64,000 nt of DNA from Myxococcota bacterium (lineage in GTDB: Bacteria; Myxococcota; XYA12-FULL-58-9; JABJBS01), in assembly GCA_036339465.1 (NCBI GenBank), contig JAYZAY010000064.1, positions 1 through 64,000 on the forward strand. The letters are read 5' to 3'. The position numbers were made by a program, and so were the translations under genes. The notes beneath the pieces are model-generated. The model had not been told where the DNA came from. It worked only from the letters and a program-made list of their open reading frames with translations, and ran no database searches. Positions within the stretch are counted from its first letter, which is position 1. Every line of letters starts with the position of its first letter. This document shows positions 39,083 to 48,367 of the stretch, in pieces.

Positions 39083-39580
39083 ATGGACCCCGTCGGTGGT
39101 GGAATAGGCAAAGCAGCTGCGGCGCTTATGAAAGAAATGCAGCAGGTACAACAACAAGCCGAGCAAATGCAGGAAGCTCAACAAACACAGCAAGTTGACA
39201 GTGCACAATTTCAGCAAGCCATGCAAGATCAACAGGGCCCAGAGAACGTAAATAAGACCAACGCGGTACAACCCACTCCCCAAGGCTCAAGTATTCTCTC
39301 TCAAGTACACGCTTCAGGGGCCAGTCCCTCCCAAGCAATTGGGCAAACCGAAAGAGTCGAAAAGACTCAAGTTGCTCAAATGCTTGAAGGTTTAGCAGAT
39401 GGGCAGCAAGAGATGAATAACATCATGGAAAAAGCTCTATCTGGCGATAAACTATCAAGCCAAGAACTCCTCGCCATGCAAGCTAAGATTTACCGATTTA
39501 CCCAAGAAATGGAGATCACATCTAAAGTTGTCGAAAAGAGTACCAGTGGCCTCAAGCAAACCATGAACACTCAGGTTTAA
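39083..39580 (+). CDS. T3SS inner rod-like protein (SctI/HrpB2-like)
   Basis: C-terminus LSSQELLAMQ...EITSKVVEKSTSGLKQTMNTQV; directly upstream of sctJ. Confidence 0.7.
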   Translation: MDPVGGGIGKAAAALMKEMQQVQQQAEQMQEAQQTQQVDSAQFQQAMQDQQGPENVNKTNAVQPTPQGSSILSQVHASGASPSQAIGQTERVEKTQVAQMLEGLADGQQEMNNIMEKALSGDKLSSQELLAMQAKIYRFTQEMEITSKVVEKSTSGLKQTMNTQV

Positions 39581-39609
39581 TTCCCCTACTTTCTTTACGA
39601 AAGTCACCT

Positions 39610-39619
39610 CCCCCCCCCC
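39610..39619 (+). repeat. Poly-C10 tract in the sctI-sctJ intergenic region
   Basis: Ten consecutive C. Confidence 0.85.
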
Positions 39620-39704
39620 TAACTAAGTTGCTTCAACCGCTCACCGAGGATAGCCCTTCCTATAAGCGGAGAGGGTCCCGCCAGCGACTCCTAATCACAA
39701 TTGG

Positions 39705-40610
39705 ATGGGACTAAAGATAATGCGACCAAAGCGACTTAGCCAAAAGATCAAGAATCGGAATCATTACTTATCAAGACTCACCCTGCTCCTGGGCGCCATG
39801 ACATTCTCCACTGCGTGTGCGCCAGAAACCATTATTCATGACATCGGTGAACGAGAAGCAAATACGATTCTTGAGCTCCTAGCCGACCACGATATTCAAG
39901 CAAATAAACTAATGAAGAGCGATGGCCGAACAACCAAATTTGACGTCCTAGTCAATTCAGATAAAGCTATGAGCTCTATTAGACTGCTCAATCAATACGA
40001 ATTACCAAGACGTGCTGACAAAGGCTACGCTGACGTCTTTGGGGAAGGTGGCCTCATCCCTACGTCATCAGAAGAAAAAGCCAAAGAACTGGCCGCGCTC
40101 GAAGGTGAAATTCAAAAGCAACTCAAATTGGTGGATGGTATCCTCGATACCGAAGTCAATCTGGTCATCCCTGAAAACAATCCACTGCGTAACAACGAAG
40201 AGCAACAACCTACCCCCACCGCAAGTTTGACCATCCGATACCTACCGGGTAAAGGCGGAAGTAAACCCATCACGGAACAACAAGTTCAGGTGCTTGTATC
40301 TGCGGCTGTCGAAAATCTAAGTGCGGACAAAGTCTTTCCGCTCATGACCCCTGTCACCATCGGCTACAAAACAGAAGGACTAAGGGATGATCGCGATTCA
40401 GTAAAAGGCTCATGGATAGGGCGACTCGATAAAAAGACAGTGAACATTTTAACCATCCTAATCACCGTATTATTCGTCGTACTCGCAAGTCTACTTGTCG
40501 TTTCCCAATTACGACTAAATAACGTCCGCGGTCGCTTGCTCCGACTCCAAAACGAAATCGCCAATGCACGGAAAAGACAGTCCGGGGACAGCCTGCCCCC
40601 AGCCAGCTGA
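39705..40610 (+). CDS. sctJ: T3SS inner-membrane ring lipoprotein
   Basis: Lipobox FSTAC; EREANTI; LIPTSSEEK; PTASL; C-terminal TM. Confidence 0.88.
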   Translation: MGLKIMRPKRLSQKIKNRNHYLSRLTLLLGAMTFSTACAPETIIHDIGEREANTILELLADHDIQANKLMKSDGRTTKFDVLVNSDKAMSSIRLLNQYELPRRADKGYADVFGEGGLIPTSSEEKAKELAALEGEIQKQLKLVDGILDTEVNLVIPENNPLRNNEEQQPTPTASLTIRYLPGKGGSKPITEQQVQVLVSAAVENLSADKVFPLMTPVTIGYKTEGLRDDRDSVKGSWIGRLDKKTVNILTILITVLFVVLASLLVVSQLRLNNVRGRLLRLQNEIANARKRQSGDSLPPAS

Positions 40611-40633
40611 CAGATTGCTAAAGGTTAAGTACG

Positions 40634-41677
40634 GTGCACCCGTTTTTCCATCCACTAACTCCCTATGAAACCATGCAACTCCTGACCTCTTTGGCTGTTG
40701 CTGGTCCCGAGGCTGTAGAACTTTTACGTTTTATCCCCGAGGAACAAAGAGAACGAATCAACGAAAAAGCAACGTCACTGCTCAAACTTGAAGGTGAAAA
40801 ACGGATCCCGTTTGTCGTCTCGCAGCTCAAAGAACTCTTAAGTGGAGACAATATCGGCTTCGACAAAATCGAGCCAAGCTGGATTTTGGATGAATTACTG
40901 GAAGAAGAACCTATTTCTATCGGAATTCTCCTTATAACCCTGCCACCAAACACCACCAAAATCTGTATCAAGATGCTCCCAGATACAATTCGTGAACAAC
41001 TTCCACCAAGATCTGCCGTCATCGAAACCCCGCCCCTGGTTCAAAAAGCAGCACTTCGACAATTCGAATCGCGCTTTACCCCAATGCCTTGTTTTGGCGC
41101 TTTGAGAGAGTTTCAGTTCCAAGACCTCCTCCGATTAGAAAGTTCCGATTGGCATCAACTTTTAAACGTTATTGGTAAAGTCGAGGTCGGTCAGGCATTC
41201 GTGTCAGTAGGTAAAATGGCTTTGGTTGATTTCTGCCGACAGCTTTCAGCCACAGACGCAGAAAATCTGCTCGCAACGGTCAAACGACACCCAGAAATGA
41301 CCCCTGAAGAAATCAAAACCGGACAAAGATTTCTCTCCCGAATTGCTGGCTCCTTTAAGGCAATGGATGAACTCTTTTCGTGTGCGAGTTTGTGGCGTCT
41401 TGCCAAAGCCACCTATGGAGAACCGAAACGATTCACCCAACAAATAGCCCTGCGAATACCGAGAAAGTGGGGAATCCAATACCTAGACTATCTCGAGAAA
41501 ATACCAGAAATGGATGACCTAAACCCCCAAGATTTTTTAAACTATCAGGATTCAATCCTCATTGAGCTCATTCATCTAATCCATAACCAAGCCATCAATT
41601 TTCAAATGGGAAAAGCAAATATTGTGATGAATACGCCCGATCGCTACAAGAATGCCAGTACTGCGAATGACAATTAA
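40634..41677 (+). CDS. SctK-position protein with FliG-like middle and C-terminal motifs
   Basis: EEEPISIGILLITLPP resembles FliG EHPQTIALILSYL; FQFQDLLRL resembles FTFEDL; lies between sctJ and sctL. Confidence 0.6.
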   Translation: MHPFFHPLTPYETMQLLTSLAVAGPEAVELLRFIPEEQRERINEKATSLLKLEGEKRIPFVVSQLKELLSGDNIGFDKIEPSWILDELLEEEPISIGILLITLPPNTTKICIKMLPDTIREQLPPRSAVIETPPLVQKAALRQFESRFTPMPCFGALREFQFQDLLRLESSDWHQLLNVIGKVEVGQAFVSVGKMALVDFCRQLSATDAENLLATVKRHPEMTPEEIKTGQRFLSRIAGSFKAMDELFSCASLWRLAKATYGEPKRFTQQIALRIPRKWGIQYLDYLEKIPEMDDLNPQDFLNYQDSILIELIHLIHNQAINFQMGKANIVMNTPDRYKNASTANDN

Positions 41678-41722
41678 CATTGCCCCCTTTTAACCTAACC
41701 CCGGCCGTGGCAAAATCAACCT

Positions 41723-42385
41723 ATGGGAAAAGTAATTAAAAAAGGAATCGGAGACGACACAGGGTTTCAGGACCTCGTTTCCACCGATGAACCAACACGG
41801 CGAGCACCAATCATCGAGCGCGCTACAGTCGAAGCAAAAGATGAAGCTTCCGAAATTATAACGAAAGCCAAAAGTGAAGCCGAACAAATCATTCAAGCGG
41901 CAGAAGAAAAAGCAAAACACCTTGAGGCAGAAGCCCATGAACGCGGTTTTTCTGAAGGCAAAGAAGAAGGGGCATCCCAGTTACTCGAAACCGTAACCAA
42001 AGCCAGTAAGAGGATCCAGCAGACCGAAGACGCTCTTTCCAAAAACATTAAGGATCTGGCGATTGGCATAGCCAAAAAGATCTTGGGTCAAGAGCTACAA
42101 TCAAATCCTGATGCTGTGGTGGCACTTGTTAAACAAGCCCTCACCGACAAGGCGAGACAACGTAAAGAAATCAGCTTACGAATAAATCCAGAGGATTTGG
42201 AACACATCCGATCCAGTAGAAGCGAACTTCTTGAAGTATTAAGCCGTTGCCGCGAAATCTCAATTAGGGAGGATCCAGACGTAGCGCGGTTTGGAGTCAT
42301 TATAGAAACAGAAGCGGGTACCATTGATGCCCAATTAGAAACTCAGCTAGAGGCAATTCAAAATGTTCTCAGAGCGATGCCCTAA
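41723..42385 (+). CDS. sctL: T3SS stator (SctL/FliH)
   Basis: AxxxA repeats, ERGFSEGKEEG, LRINPED, IIETEAGTIDA. Confidence 0.9.
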   Translation: MGKVIKKGIGDDTGFQDLVSTDEPTRRAPIIERATVEAKDEASEIITKAKSEAEQIIQAAEEKAKHLEAEAHERGFSEGKEEGASQLLETVTKASKRIQQTEDALSKNIKDLAIGIAKKILGQELQSNPDAVVALVKQALTDKARQRKEISLRINPEDLEHIRSSRSELLEVLSRCREISIREDPDVARFGVIIETEAGTIDAQLETQLEAIQNVLRAMP

Positions 42386-42400
42386 AGCCGAGAACAAAAA

Positions 42401-43741
42401 ATGAGTGACGGAGCACCTATCATCGACATTAATCAATATCTCCAAGCGATCGAACAAGCCGAAACGGTTTCTGTTCGGGGCCGAGTTCTAGAGGTTACTG
42501 GACTGGTTATTAAGGCCCTGATCCCCGGAGTCCGAATTGGTGAAATGTGTTACGTCGATACGGGAATCGGCAATAGAATCGTCTGTGAAGTCGTCGGATT
42601 TCAAGACGAAAATGTGATGCTCATGCCCCTTGGGGAAGCACACGGTATTGGCCCAGACAGCGAAGTTTTAGCTACAGGAAGACCTTTCTCAGTTCGATGT
42701 GGTTGGGGCCTCCTAGGACGCGTTCTAGATGGCTTAGGACGACCTATTGATGGTGGCCCTGCCCTAGATGACCTTCCCGATCTCGTGGATTGGCCGGTGG
42801 AACGTGAAGCCCCAGACCCCATGAAACGAATGCGAATTACCGAGAGTATCGCCATGGGAGTTAGAGCCATCGACGGACTTTTAACCGTCGGTCTAGGCCA
42901 AAGAGTTGGGCTTTTTGCCGGTTCCGGGGTTGGCAAATCGACTCTCATGGGCCAGATCGCCAGAAATACTGAAGCTGAAGTTGTTGTCGTCTGTCTCATT
43001 GGTGAGCGGGGTCGTGAAGTAAGAGACTTTATAGAAGAATCCCTAGGCGATGAGGGTCTCCGAAAGGCGGTTCTAATTGTGGCGACCTCAAATACCCCCT
43101 CCTTGGTTCGCTTAAAGAGCGCTTTTATTTCCACCGCAATTGCCGAATGGTTTAGGGATCAGGGAAAGAAAGTTCTCTTTATGATGGACAGCTCAACCCG
43201 ATTTGCACGTGCTCAACGCGAAATAGGTCTAGCCATAGGAGAGCCACCCGCCCGGCAAGGCTATCCACCGAGCGTATTTTTTCAGATCCCTAGGCTCATG
43301 GAACGCACCGGTAACAATGAGACGGGTTCAATCACGGCCCTCTATACCATTTTGGTTCAAGGCGGAGATATGGAGGAACCTATCGCTGATGAAGTGCGCG
43401 GTATCCTAGACGGCCATATTATCCTTAATCGAGAGCTGGGCGCACGAAACCACTGGCCCGCTATCGATATACTGCCTTCTCTTTCCAGAGTCATGAATGG
43501 AGTTGCCGGTGACCAACACAAAGCGGCGGCCGCCAAGTTACGAGAAGTACTAGCAACCTACGAAAAACAGCGGGATCTTATTCTCCTCGGAGCATACCAA
43601 TACGGTACAGACACAAAAACAGATTATGCCATCGACAAAATCGAAGAAGTCGAAGCATTCCTTAGACAAGGCATGCTTGAATGCGACGATTTTGAAACAA
43701 CCGTTCATAAGCTAGCCAGCATGTTCACAGACGTAATGTAG
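42401..43741 (+). CDS. sctN: T3SS ATPase (SctN/FliI)
   Basis: GSGVGKS, IGERGREV, GEPPARQGYPPS, GSITALYT, LDGHI. Confidence 0.96.
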   Translation: MSDGAPIIDINQYLQAIEQAETVSVRGRVLEVTGLVIKALIPGVRIGEMCYVDTGIGNRIVCEVVGFQDENVMLMPLGEAHGIGPDSEVLATGRPFSVRCGWGLLGRVLDGLGRPIDGGPALDDLPDLVDWPVEREAPDPMKRMRITESIAMGVRAIDGLLTVGLGQRVGLFAGSGVGKSTLMGQIARNTEAEVVVVCLIGERGREVRDFIEESLGDEGLRKAVLIVATSNTPSLVRLKSAFISTAIAEWFRDQGKKVLFMMDSSTRFARAQREIGLAIGEPPARQGYPPSVFFQIPRLMERTGNNETGSITALYTILVQGGDMEEPIADEVRGILDGHIILNRELGARNHWPAIDILPSLSRVMNGVAGDQHKAAAAKLREVLATYEKQRDLILLGAYQYGTDTKTDYAIDKIEEVEAFLRQGMLECDDFETTVHKLASMFTDVM

Positions 43742-43760
43742 GGTGAATTGAGTTAACTCC

Positions 43761-44255
43761 ATGGCCAAAAAACAAGAATATCGACTACAAGCGCTATTGG
43801 AAATCCGGAAACGCACCAAAGAGGACAAAGAACAAGAACTCGGTCAGTGCCTACAACGTTTGGAGACAGAAAAAGACAGCCTCGCCGGAATGAAGAAAAA
43901 ATTAGAGGAAATGCTCCAAGACCGCGAACGAAGAGCAAAAGAATACGCCGATAAGCAGATGCGTGGCGAGATGAGCGCCCAAGCAATGACCGGAGCCCAA
44001 TCTTACCTGAAAAGACTGAAAGAGAGTGAGGCCATCCAAGAAGAACTTATTCGAGATCAAGAATCGGTGATTCGCCAAAGGCAAGATGAAGTTCAAGCAG
44101 CAAGAGAAATACTCTTAGAAGCAACCCAAGAACTAAAAAGCCTAGAGAAACACAAGGAAAAATGGGAAAAAAAGGTCAAGAAAGAAAGACAAGCCAAGGA
44201 AGAACAAGAGCAAGAACAATTGGCACAGGCTATCTTTTTAAATAGGGAGAAATAA
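43761..44255 (+). CDS. sctO: T3SS stalk (SctO/FliJ-like)
   Basis: YRLQALLEIR start, long coiled coil, directly after the ATPase. Confidence 0.8.
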   Translation: MAKKQEYRLQALLEIRKRTKEDKEQELGQCLQRLETEKDSLAGMKKKLEEMLQDRERRAKEYADKQMRGEMSAQAMTGAQSYLKRLKESEAIQEELIRDQESVIRQRQDEVQAAREILLEATQELKSLEKHKEKWEKKVKKERQAKEEQEQEQLAQAIFLNREK

Positions 44256-44320
44256 GGAGAAATAAGGAGAAATAAGGAGAAATAAGGAGAAATAAGGAGA
44301 AATAAGGAGAAATAAGGAAG
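44241..44320 (+). repeat. 10-bp tandem repeat AATAAGGAGA (6 perfect plus 2 imperfect copies)
   Basis: Perfect copies 44251-44310; flanking variants AATAGGGAGA and AATAAGGAAG. Confidence 0.95.
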
Positions 44321-44406
44321 AAAACAAATCTTCTAACCCGTGACCCCACCAAACGATAATGTGATTAAGGCTGCCTGCCAAGGTAAGTACAAGGAGCCCA
44401 CCTATT

Positions 44407-45249
44407 ATGAGCGACCGAGTCCAAGACCGCCGTGAAGCACAAATAACAGAGCAAAAACGCCTGGAAAAGGAAACATCGAAAAAAGACACACAGAAGTCTT
44501 CAGACCGAAAATTCTCACAGACAATGAAAAATGCTGCCTCCGAAACCACAACCAGATCAAACCAACCTCCAAGTACAAATCGCCCTAAAGGGGCAGCCAG
44601 CAAGAATAGCAGCGCGCAAGCGCTCGCAGCGCGCAAGGGAATTGCTTCGCAAAAATTCAGTGACACTCTCTTTGGAACAGGAGAGAAAAACCTAAATTAC
44701 TCCAAAGACTTAAGTAGCAACAGGGCCGAGCAAAAAGATCAAGAAAGACTCGAATTCAACGATTCGAAGCAACAAGACTCCGTTAAGGAGCTGAACGAGA
44801 ATGACCCACTGGCCGCAATAAGTGAGAGGCAAAGTCAATCAGGACAGGGGGGCAGTTTCGGGCAACCCCACGACGAGGGCCACCAACCTGAGACAGGTAG
44901 CCTAGACACAATCGATAACATAGGAAATCCGTCTGGCACCAAAAACGTGAAGCAAAGTCAGGGCGCTGGCCAAGCAGGTCAAATCCCACCCGCTATCCTT
45001 GAAAAACTCGTCAACCAAGTAATGGCCGGTGTGGATGAAATAGGCCAACCCCAATTCATCATCGAACTTAACCAAGAAACTTTGCAGGGTGCAAGAATCG
45101 AGATCAAACGGGCTGAAGACGGCATCGAGATAATATTCACGAGTCCTCACAAAGATATCCAAAACCTGATTAAATCAAATGAAAATCGACTACATCGAGC
45201 ATTTCACCACCGCGGGCTCAACCTTAATAAAGTCTCTGTGAGTAGCTAA
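44407..45249 (+). CDS. Ruler protein (SctP/FliK-like)
   Basis: Disordered polar N-terminus; C-terminal FliK_C-like FIIELNQETLQGARIEI...LHRAFHHRGLNL; follows sctO. Confidence 0.75.
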   Translation: MSDRVQDRREAQITEQKRLEKETSKKDTQKSSDRKFSQTMKNAASETTTRSNQPPSTNRPKGAASKNSSAQALAARKGIASQKFSDTLFGTGEKNLNYSKDLSSNRAEQKDQERLEFNDSKQQDSVKELNENDPLAAISERQSQSGQGGSFGQPHDEGHQPETGSLDTIDNIGNPSGTKNVKQSQGAGQAGQIPPAILEKLVNQVMAGVDEIGQPQFIIELNQETLQGARIEIKRAEDGIEIIFTSPHKDIQNLIKSNENRLHRAFHHRGLNLNKVSVSS

Positions 45250-45389
45250 TCACTCCACTTCTCATCCTCTATCTACCATTCACTAAACATCTCAATTTGC
45301 CCCCGAGCTCTTCAATGATATAAGGCTTGGCGTTGGACAGAGTGGGCTGATGCCCATGATAATTTTCAGACGAAAGAAATGGACAAAAC

Positions 45390-46649
45390 ATGGATTCGGT
45401 TAGAGCCTACCAATTCCATAATCTCCCCAAATACAATCGCCTTGAAGCGGGATTACTCGAAACATCTAGCGTGTTTCTTTCTAATAATCTTTTTGGACCA
45501 AGCCTCCTCCAAGCAATCCAAAGCAAGCTGGGTGAACTTGTCCGAACCTCCGTCCAACTTACAAACTCCCCTCCAACCCTACTTAAAGGCACCGAAGTCA
45601 GCCAGTTACTACCGGAACAAGGCTGCTTCATGCATTTACAGTGCAACCCTACGACTGAGCGGATCCTAGTGGACATTGATGCCGGTTTGGCACTGGGGTG
45701 GATCGATGCAATGTTCGGTGCCCAAGTCAAAATAACCCCTGTACAACGACCACTTAACGAAATCGAAAGAGGAGCATTCTCGTACATCATTCTAAATGTT
45801 CTAGCTGAAATTCATTCCGGTTGGTCGCACGGACCGCAATTGTCCCTGAGCTTAATGGAGACGTTCAGTTCTCGAAAAAACGCCATGACCACGTTAGACC
45901 TAAACGGAAACCATTTCCACCTAGGAATCACCATCGCTTTTGCCAAAAGCCTTGGCTATATTCGGCTATTTGTGCCCACAAGCTTGATGTCGGAACTTGC
46001 AACTTGGGCCTTACTGGATCAGGTCTCTCATGATTCACTCAGCTTTCGAAGAAAACGAGCTGCGATGCTTCATGATCTAGATTGTAAAGCGCGCTGTGAA
46101 ATTGCTCGGATTGGCCTAAGTATTGAGGAGCTAAAAAACTTGGAACGTGGGGATATTATTATCCCCGAAGACCATGGCATTAGTCTTGGTCCTAACGGAC
46201 CATCCGGAGACCTGCAAATTAGACTGGGGCGAGGTCAAAACGGCTACCTCCAGACCCAATTAATTCCAGATTCCGGACAATTAAAATGTGCCATTCAATC
46301 GATCATTATACATGAACAACCCAATGAGGTTCCCATGGACGAAGACCAAATATTAAACGAAACAAACGGTGAAATGGTGGAAAACCCTGCCCACAACGAC
46401 AATCTAGAGCAAACCGAGGGACTTCTTAATGATATCCAATCTCCCGTAGTCGTTGAGCTAGGCCGACTCAATTTGAATGCGGGTCAGGTGATTCGCCTCA
46501 AGGAAGGACAAATTCTTCGCCTCCCTCGAGCCGCCACTGATCCGGTCGATCTCGTCGTCAATGGTCGCGTCTTCGCCCGGGGGCAACTTGTGGAAGTCGA
46601 GGGAGAGCTGGGTGTTCGAATCCTTCAGCTCGCTGGCTCTCAATCCTAA
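45390..46649 (+). CDS. sctQ: T3SS sorting-platform/C-ring protein (SctQ, FliM/FliN-like)
   Basis: RPLNEIERG; two SPOA domains (LERGDII; VVVELGR...VDLVVNG...GELGVRI). Confidence 0.9.
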   Translation: MDSVRAYQFHNLPKYNRLEAGLLETSSVFLSNNLFGPSLLQAIQSKLGELVRTSVQLTNSPPTLLKGTEVSQLLPEQGCFMHLQCNPTTERILVDIDAGLALGWIDAMFGAQVKITPVQRPLNEIERGAFSYIILNVLAEIHSGWSHGPQLSLSLMETFSSRKNAMTTLDLNGNHFHLGITIAFAKSLGYIRLFVPTSLMSELATWALLDQVSHDSLSFRRKRAAMLHDLDCKARCEIARIGLSIEELKNLERGDIIIPEDHGISLGPNGPSGDLQIRLGRGQNGYLQTQLIPDSGQLKCAIQSIIIHEQPNEVPMDEDQILNETNGEMVENPAHNDNLEQTEGLLNDIQSPVVVELGRLNLNAGQVIRLKEGQILRLPRAATDPVDLVVNGRVFARGQLVEVEGELGVRILQLAGSQS

Positions 46650-46667
46650 ATACCCCAGGAACCATTC

Positions 46668-47264
46668 ATGAAAACATTGGTGCTTGCCCTAGGGCTCATC
46701 ATGGGAACGCTGGCAGGGCCTGCTTCCTCTACTGAAGCAGTGAAGTCTCCTAAAGTCCTCTCTAAGGGCGAAAAGGCCACATCACCAAATATTGCCCCTA
46801 AGGCACCAAGTGGAAAACCAGACCAGTCACCTGCTCCAGCACCGAGCCCACCCCCAAGTTCTTACGACATATCCAAAGAAAATGCCGGACAGGTCTCTAA
46901 AGCCAATGAAGAAACTGATAATGATTTTGGTACCGCTCTTTTGAAGATGATTATTTCCCTTGGGGCGGTCCTGGCTTTGCTCATCATCATCGGCAGGGTT
47001 TTTCGGGGGAAATTAAAGTACTTTGGCTTCCCCGGCCAAACAAACGACATGAAATTGTTGACTCGCTTACCACTGGATAGCAAACACGTCCTTTTCGTGG
47101 TTGAAGTGGGTTCCAAGAACAAGTTACTTCTTGGCGGCGGTAACGGAAGCCTTTCTTTATTGAGAGAGTTCTCTTCAGAAGAAACCGACAGGTTGGCTTC
47201 CTCAGAGCCCGTTCAGGCAAACATCGAAACGGGATCACTACATCCTCGTGTAAAGGAAGCATAG
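46668..47264 (+). CDS. FliO-like export-gate assembly protein
   Basis: TM LLKMIISLGAVLALLII, then MKLLTRLPLDSKHVLFVVEVG...LLLG...LSLL; sits before sctR. Confidence 0.78.
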   Translation: MKTLVLALGLIMGTLAGPASSTEAVKSPKVLSKGEKATSPNIAPKAPSGKPDQSPAPAPSPPPSSYDISKENAGQVSKANEETDNDFGTALLKMIISLGAVLALLIIIGRVFRGKLKYFGFPGQTNDMKLLTRLPLDSKHVLFVVEVGSKNKLLLGGGNGSLSLLREFSSEETDRLASSEPVQANIETGSLHPRVKEA

Positions 47265-47270
47265 GCTATT

Positions 47271-48065
47271 ATGAAACGACTCTGGAACACGATGAACTGG
47301 GCAATAGCCTTGACAATGCTGCACTGGATGGACGCTGCACCCGCCTTGGCTGTGAAAAAGGGGGCTGACGCCCTCGGCTCAAATAGCCTTGCGAATCGAC
47401 CCTTAATTCTTCTAACCGCCCTAGCCGGCCTCGCTCTCGTACCATTTGTTCTAATAATGGTCACTTCGTTCGTAAAAATTGCGGTGGTGCTCTCCATCGT
47501 GAGACAGGCCGTGGGAACTCAGCAAATCCCTCCAACGCAAGTCATTACCGGGTTGGGAATCGTTCTTACCGTCTACATTATGATGCCAGTGGGACTGGAA
47601 GTCTATCACAACGCCCAGGAGAGAATGCTTCAGGAATCGCCCAAGGGCGAAAGTATGAAAATGAGCGACCTTACGGTGCAACAAGCTCTAGACCTCGCCA
47701 AGGAGGCAGAAGGCCCAATGAAAGGTTTTCTGGTAAAACATGCCCATTTGAAAGATCGGGACATGTTCTACAAACTCGCTTGGAGAATGAGAAAACCGCG
47801 AGATAGAGCAACGCTTTCCGACCAAGATTGGGCCATCATTATTCCTGCCTTCGTCATCAGTGAACTCAAGGAAGCCTTTCAAATTGGGTTCATTCTATTC
47901 GTCCCGTTCTTGGTGGTCGACATGGTCGTCGCCAACATACTTATGGCCCTGGGTATGCAGATGCTCTCGCCAACAACGATATCCCTCCCATTCAAAATCC
48001 TCTTATTCGTAATGGTCGATGGATGGTACCTAATAACCAAGGGCCTTGTGATAGGATATCAGTGA
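47271..48065 (+). CDS. sctR: Export gate SctR/FliP
   Basis: MVTSFVKIAVVL, QQIPP, PAFVISELKEAFQIG, ISLPFKILLF. Confidence 0.96.
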   Translation: MKRLWNTMNWAIALTMLHWMDAAPALAVKKGADALGSNSLANRPLILLTALAGLALVPFVLIMVTSFVKIAVVLSIVRQAVGTQQIPPTQVITGLGIVLTVYIMMPVGLEVYHNAQERMLQESPKGESMKMSDLTVQQALDLAKEAEGPMKGFLVKHAHLKDRDMFYKLAWRMRKPRDRATLSDQDWAIIIPAFVISELKEAFQIGFILFVPFLVVDMVVANILMALGMQMLSPTTISLPFKILLFVMVDGWYLITKGLVIGYQ

Positions 48066-48072
48066 GGAACAT

Positions 48073-48351
48073 ATGGACCAGGAAGTCATAGAGTTTATCA
48101 TTCGAATTACCAACGAAGCCCTATTGATGATTATCGTGGTTTGCGGACCGCCCATTCTTCTTAGTATGATCGTGGGGCTCTTAATTTCACTCTTTCAAGC
48201 GGTTACCCAACTTCAAGAACAGACCCTCACCTTCGTCCCTAAGATGATCGTTATCTTCGGGGTTCTCGCTGCTCTGGGACCTTGGCTTGGGGGAACACTT
48301 TTGACCTTTGCGCAAAAGTGCTTCTCCGAATTCCCAAAATACTTATTTTGA
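48073..48351 (+). CDS. sctS: Export gate SctS/FliQ
   Basis: FQAVTQLQEQTLTFVPK. Confidence 0.96.
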   Translation: MDQEVIEFIIRITNEALLMIIVVCGPPILLSMIVGLLISLFQAVTQLQEQTLTFVPKMIVIFGVLAALGPWLGGTLLTFAQKCFSEFPKYLF

Positions 48352-48367
48352 TACTACGACGAAGCGC

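Noticed and set aside
44241..44320. Tandem repeat as a CRISPR array
   Set aside because: 10-bp units with no spacers and no cas genes
44238..44666. 142-aa minus-strand ORF with LFLLISPYFS repeats
   Set aside because: Produced by the 10-bp repeat and antisense to the ruler gene
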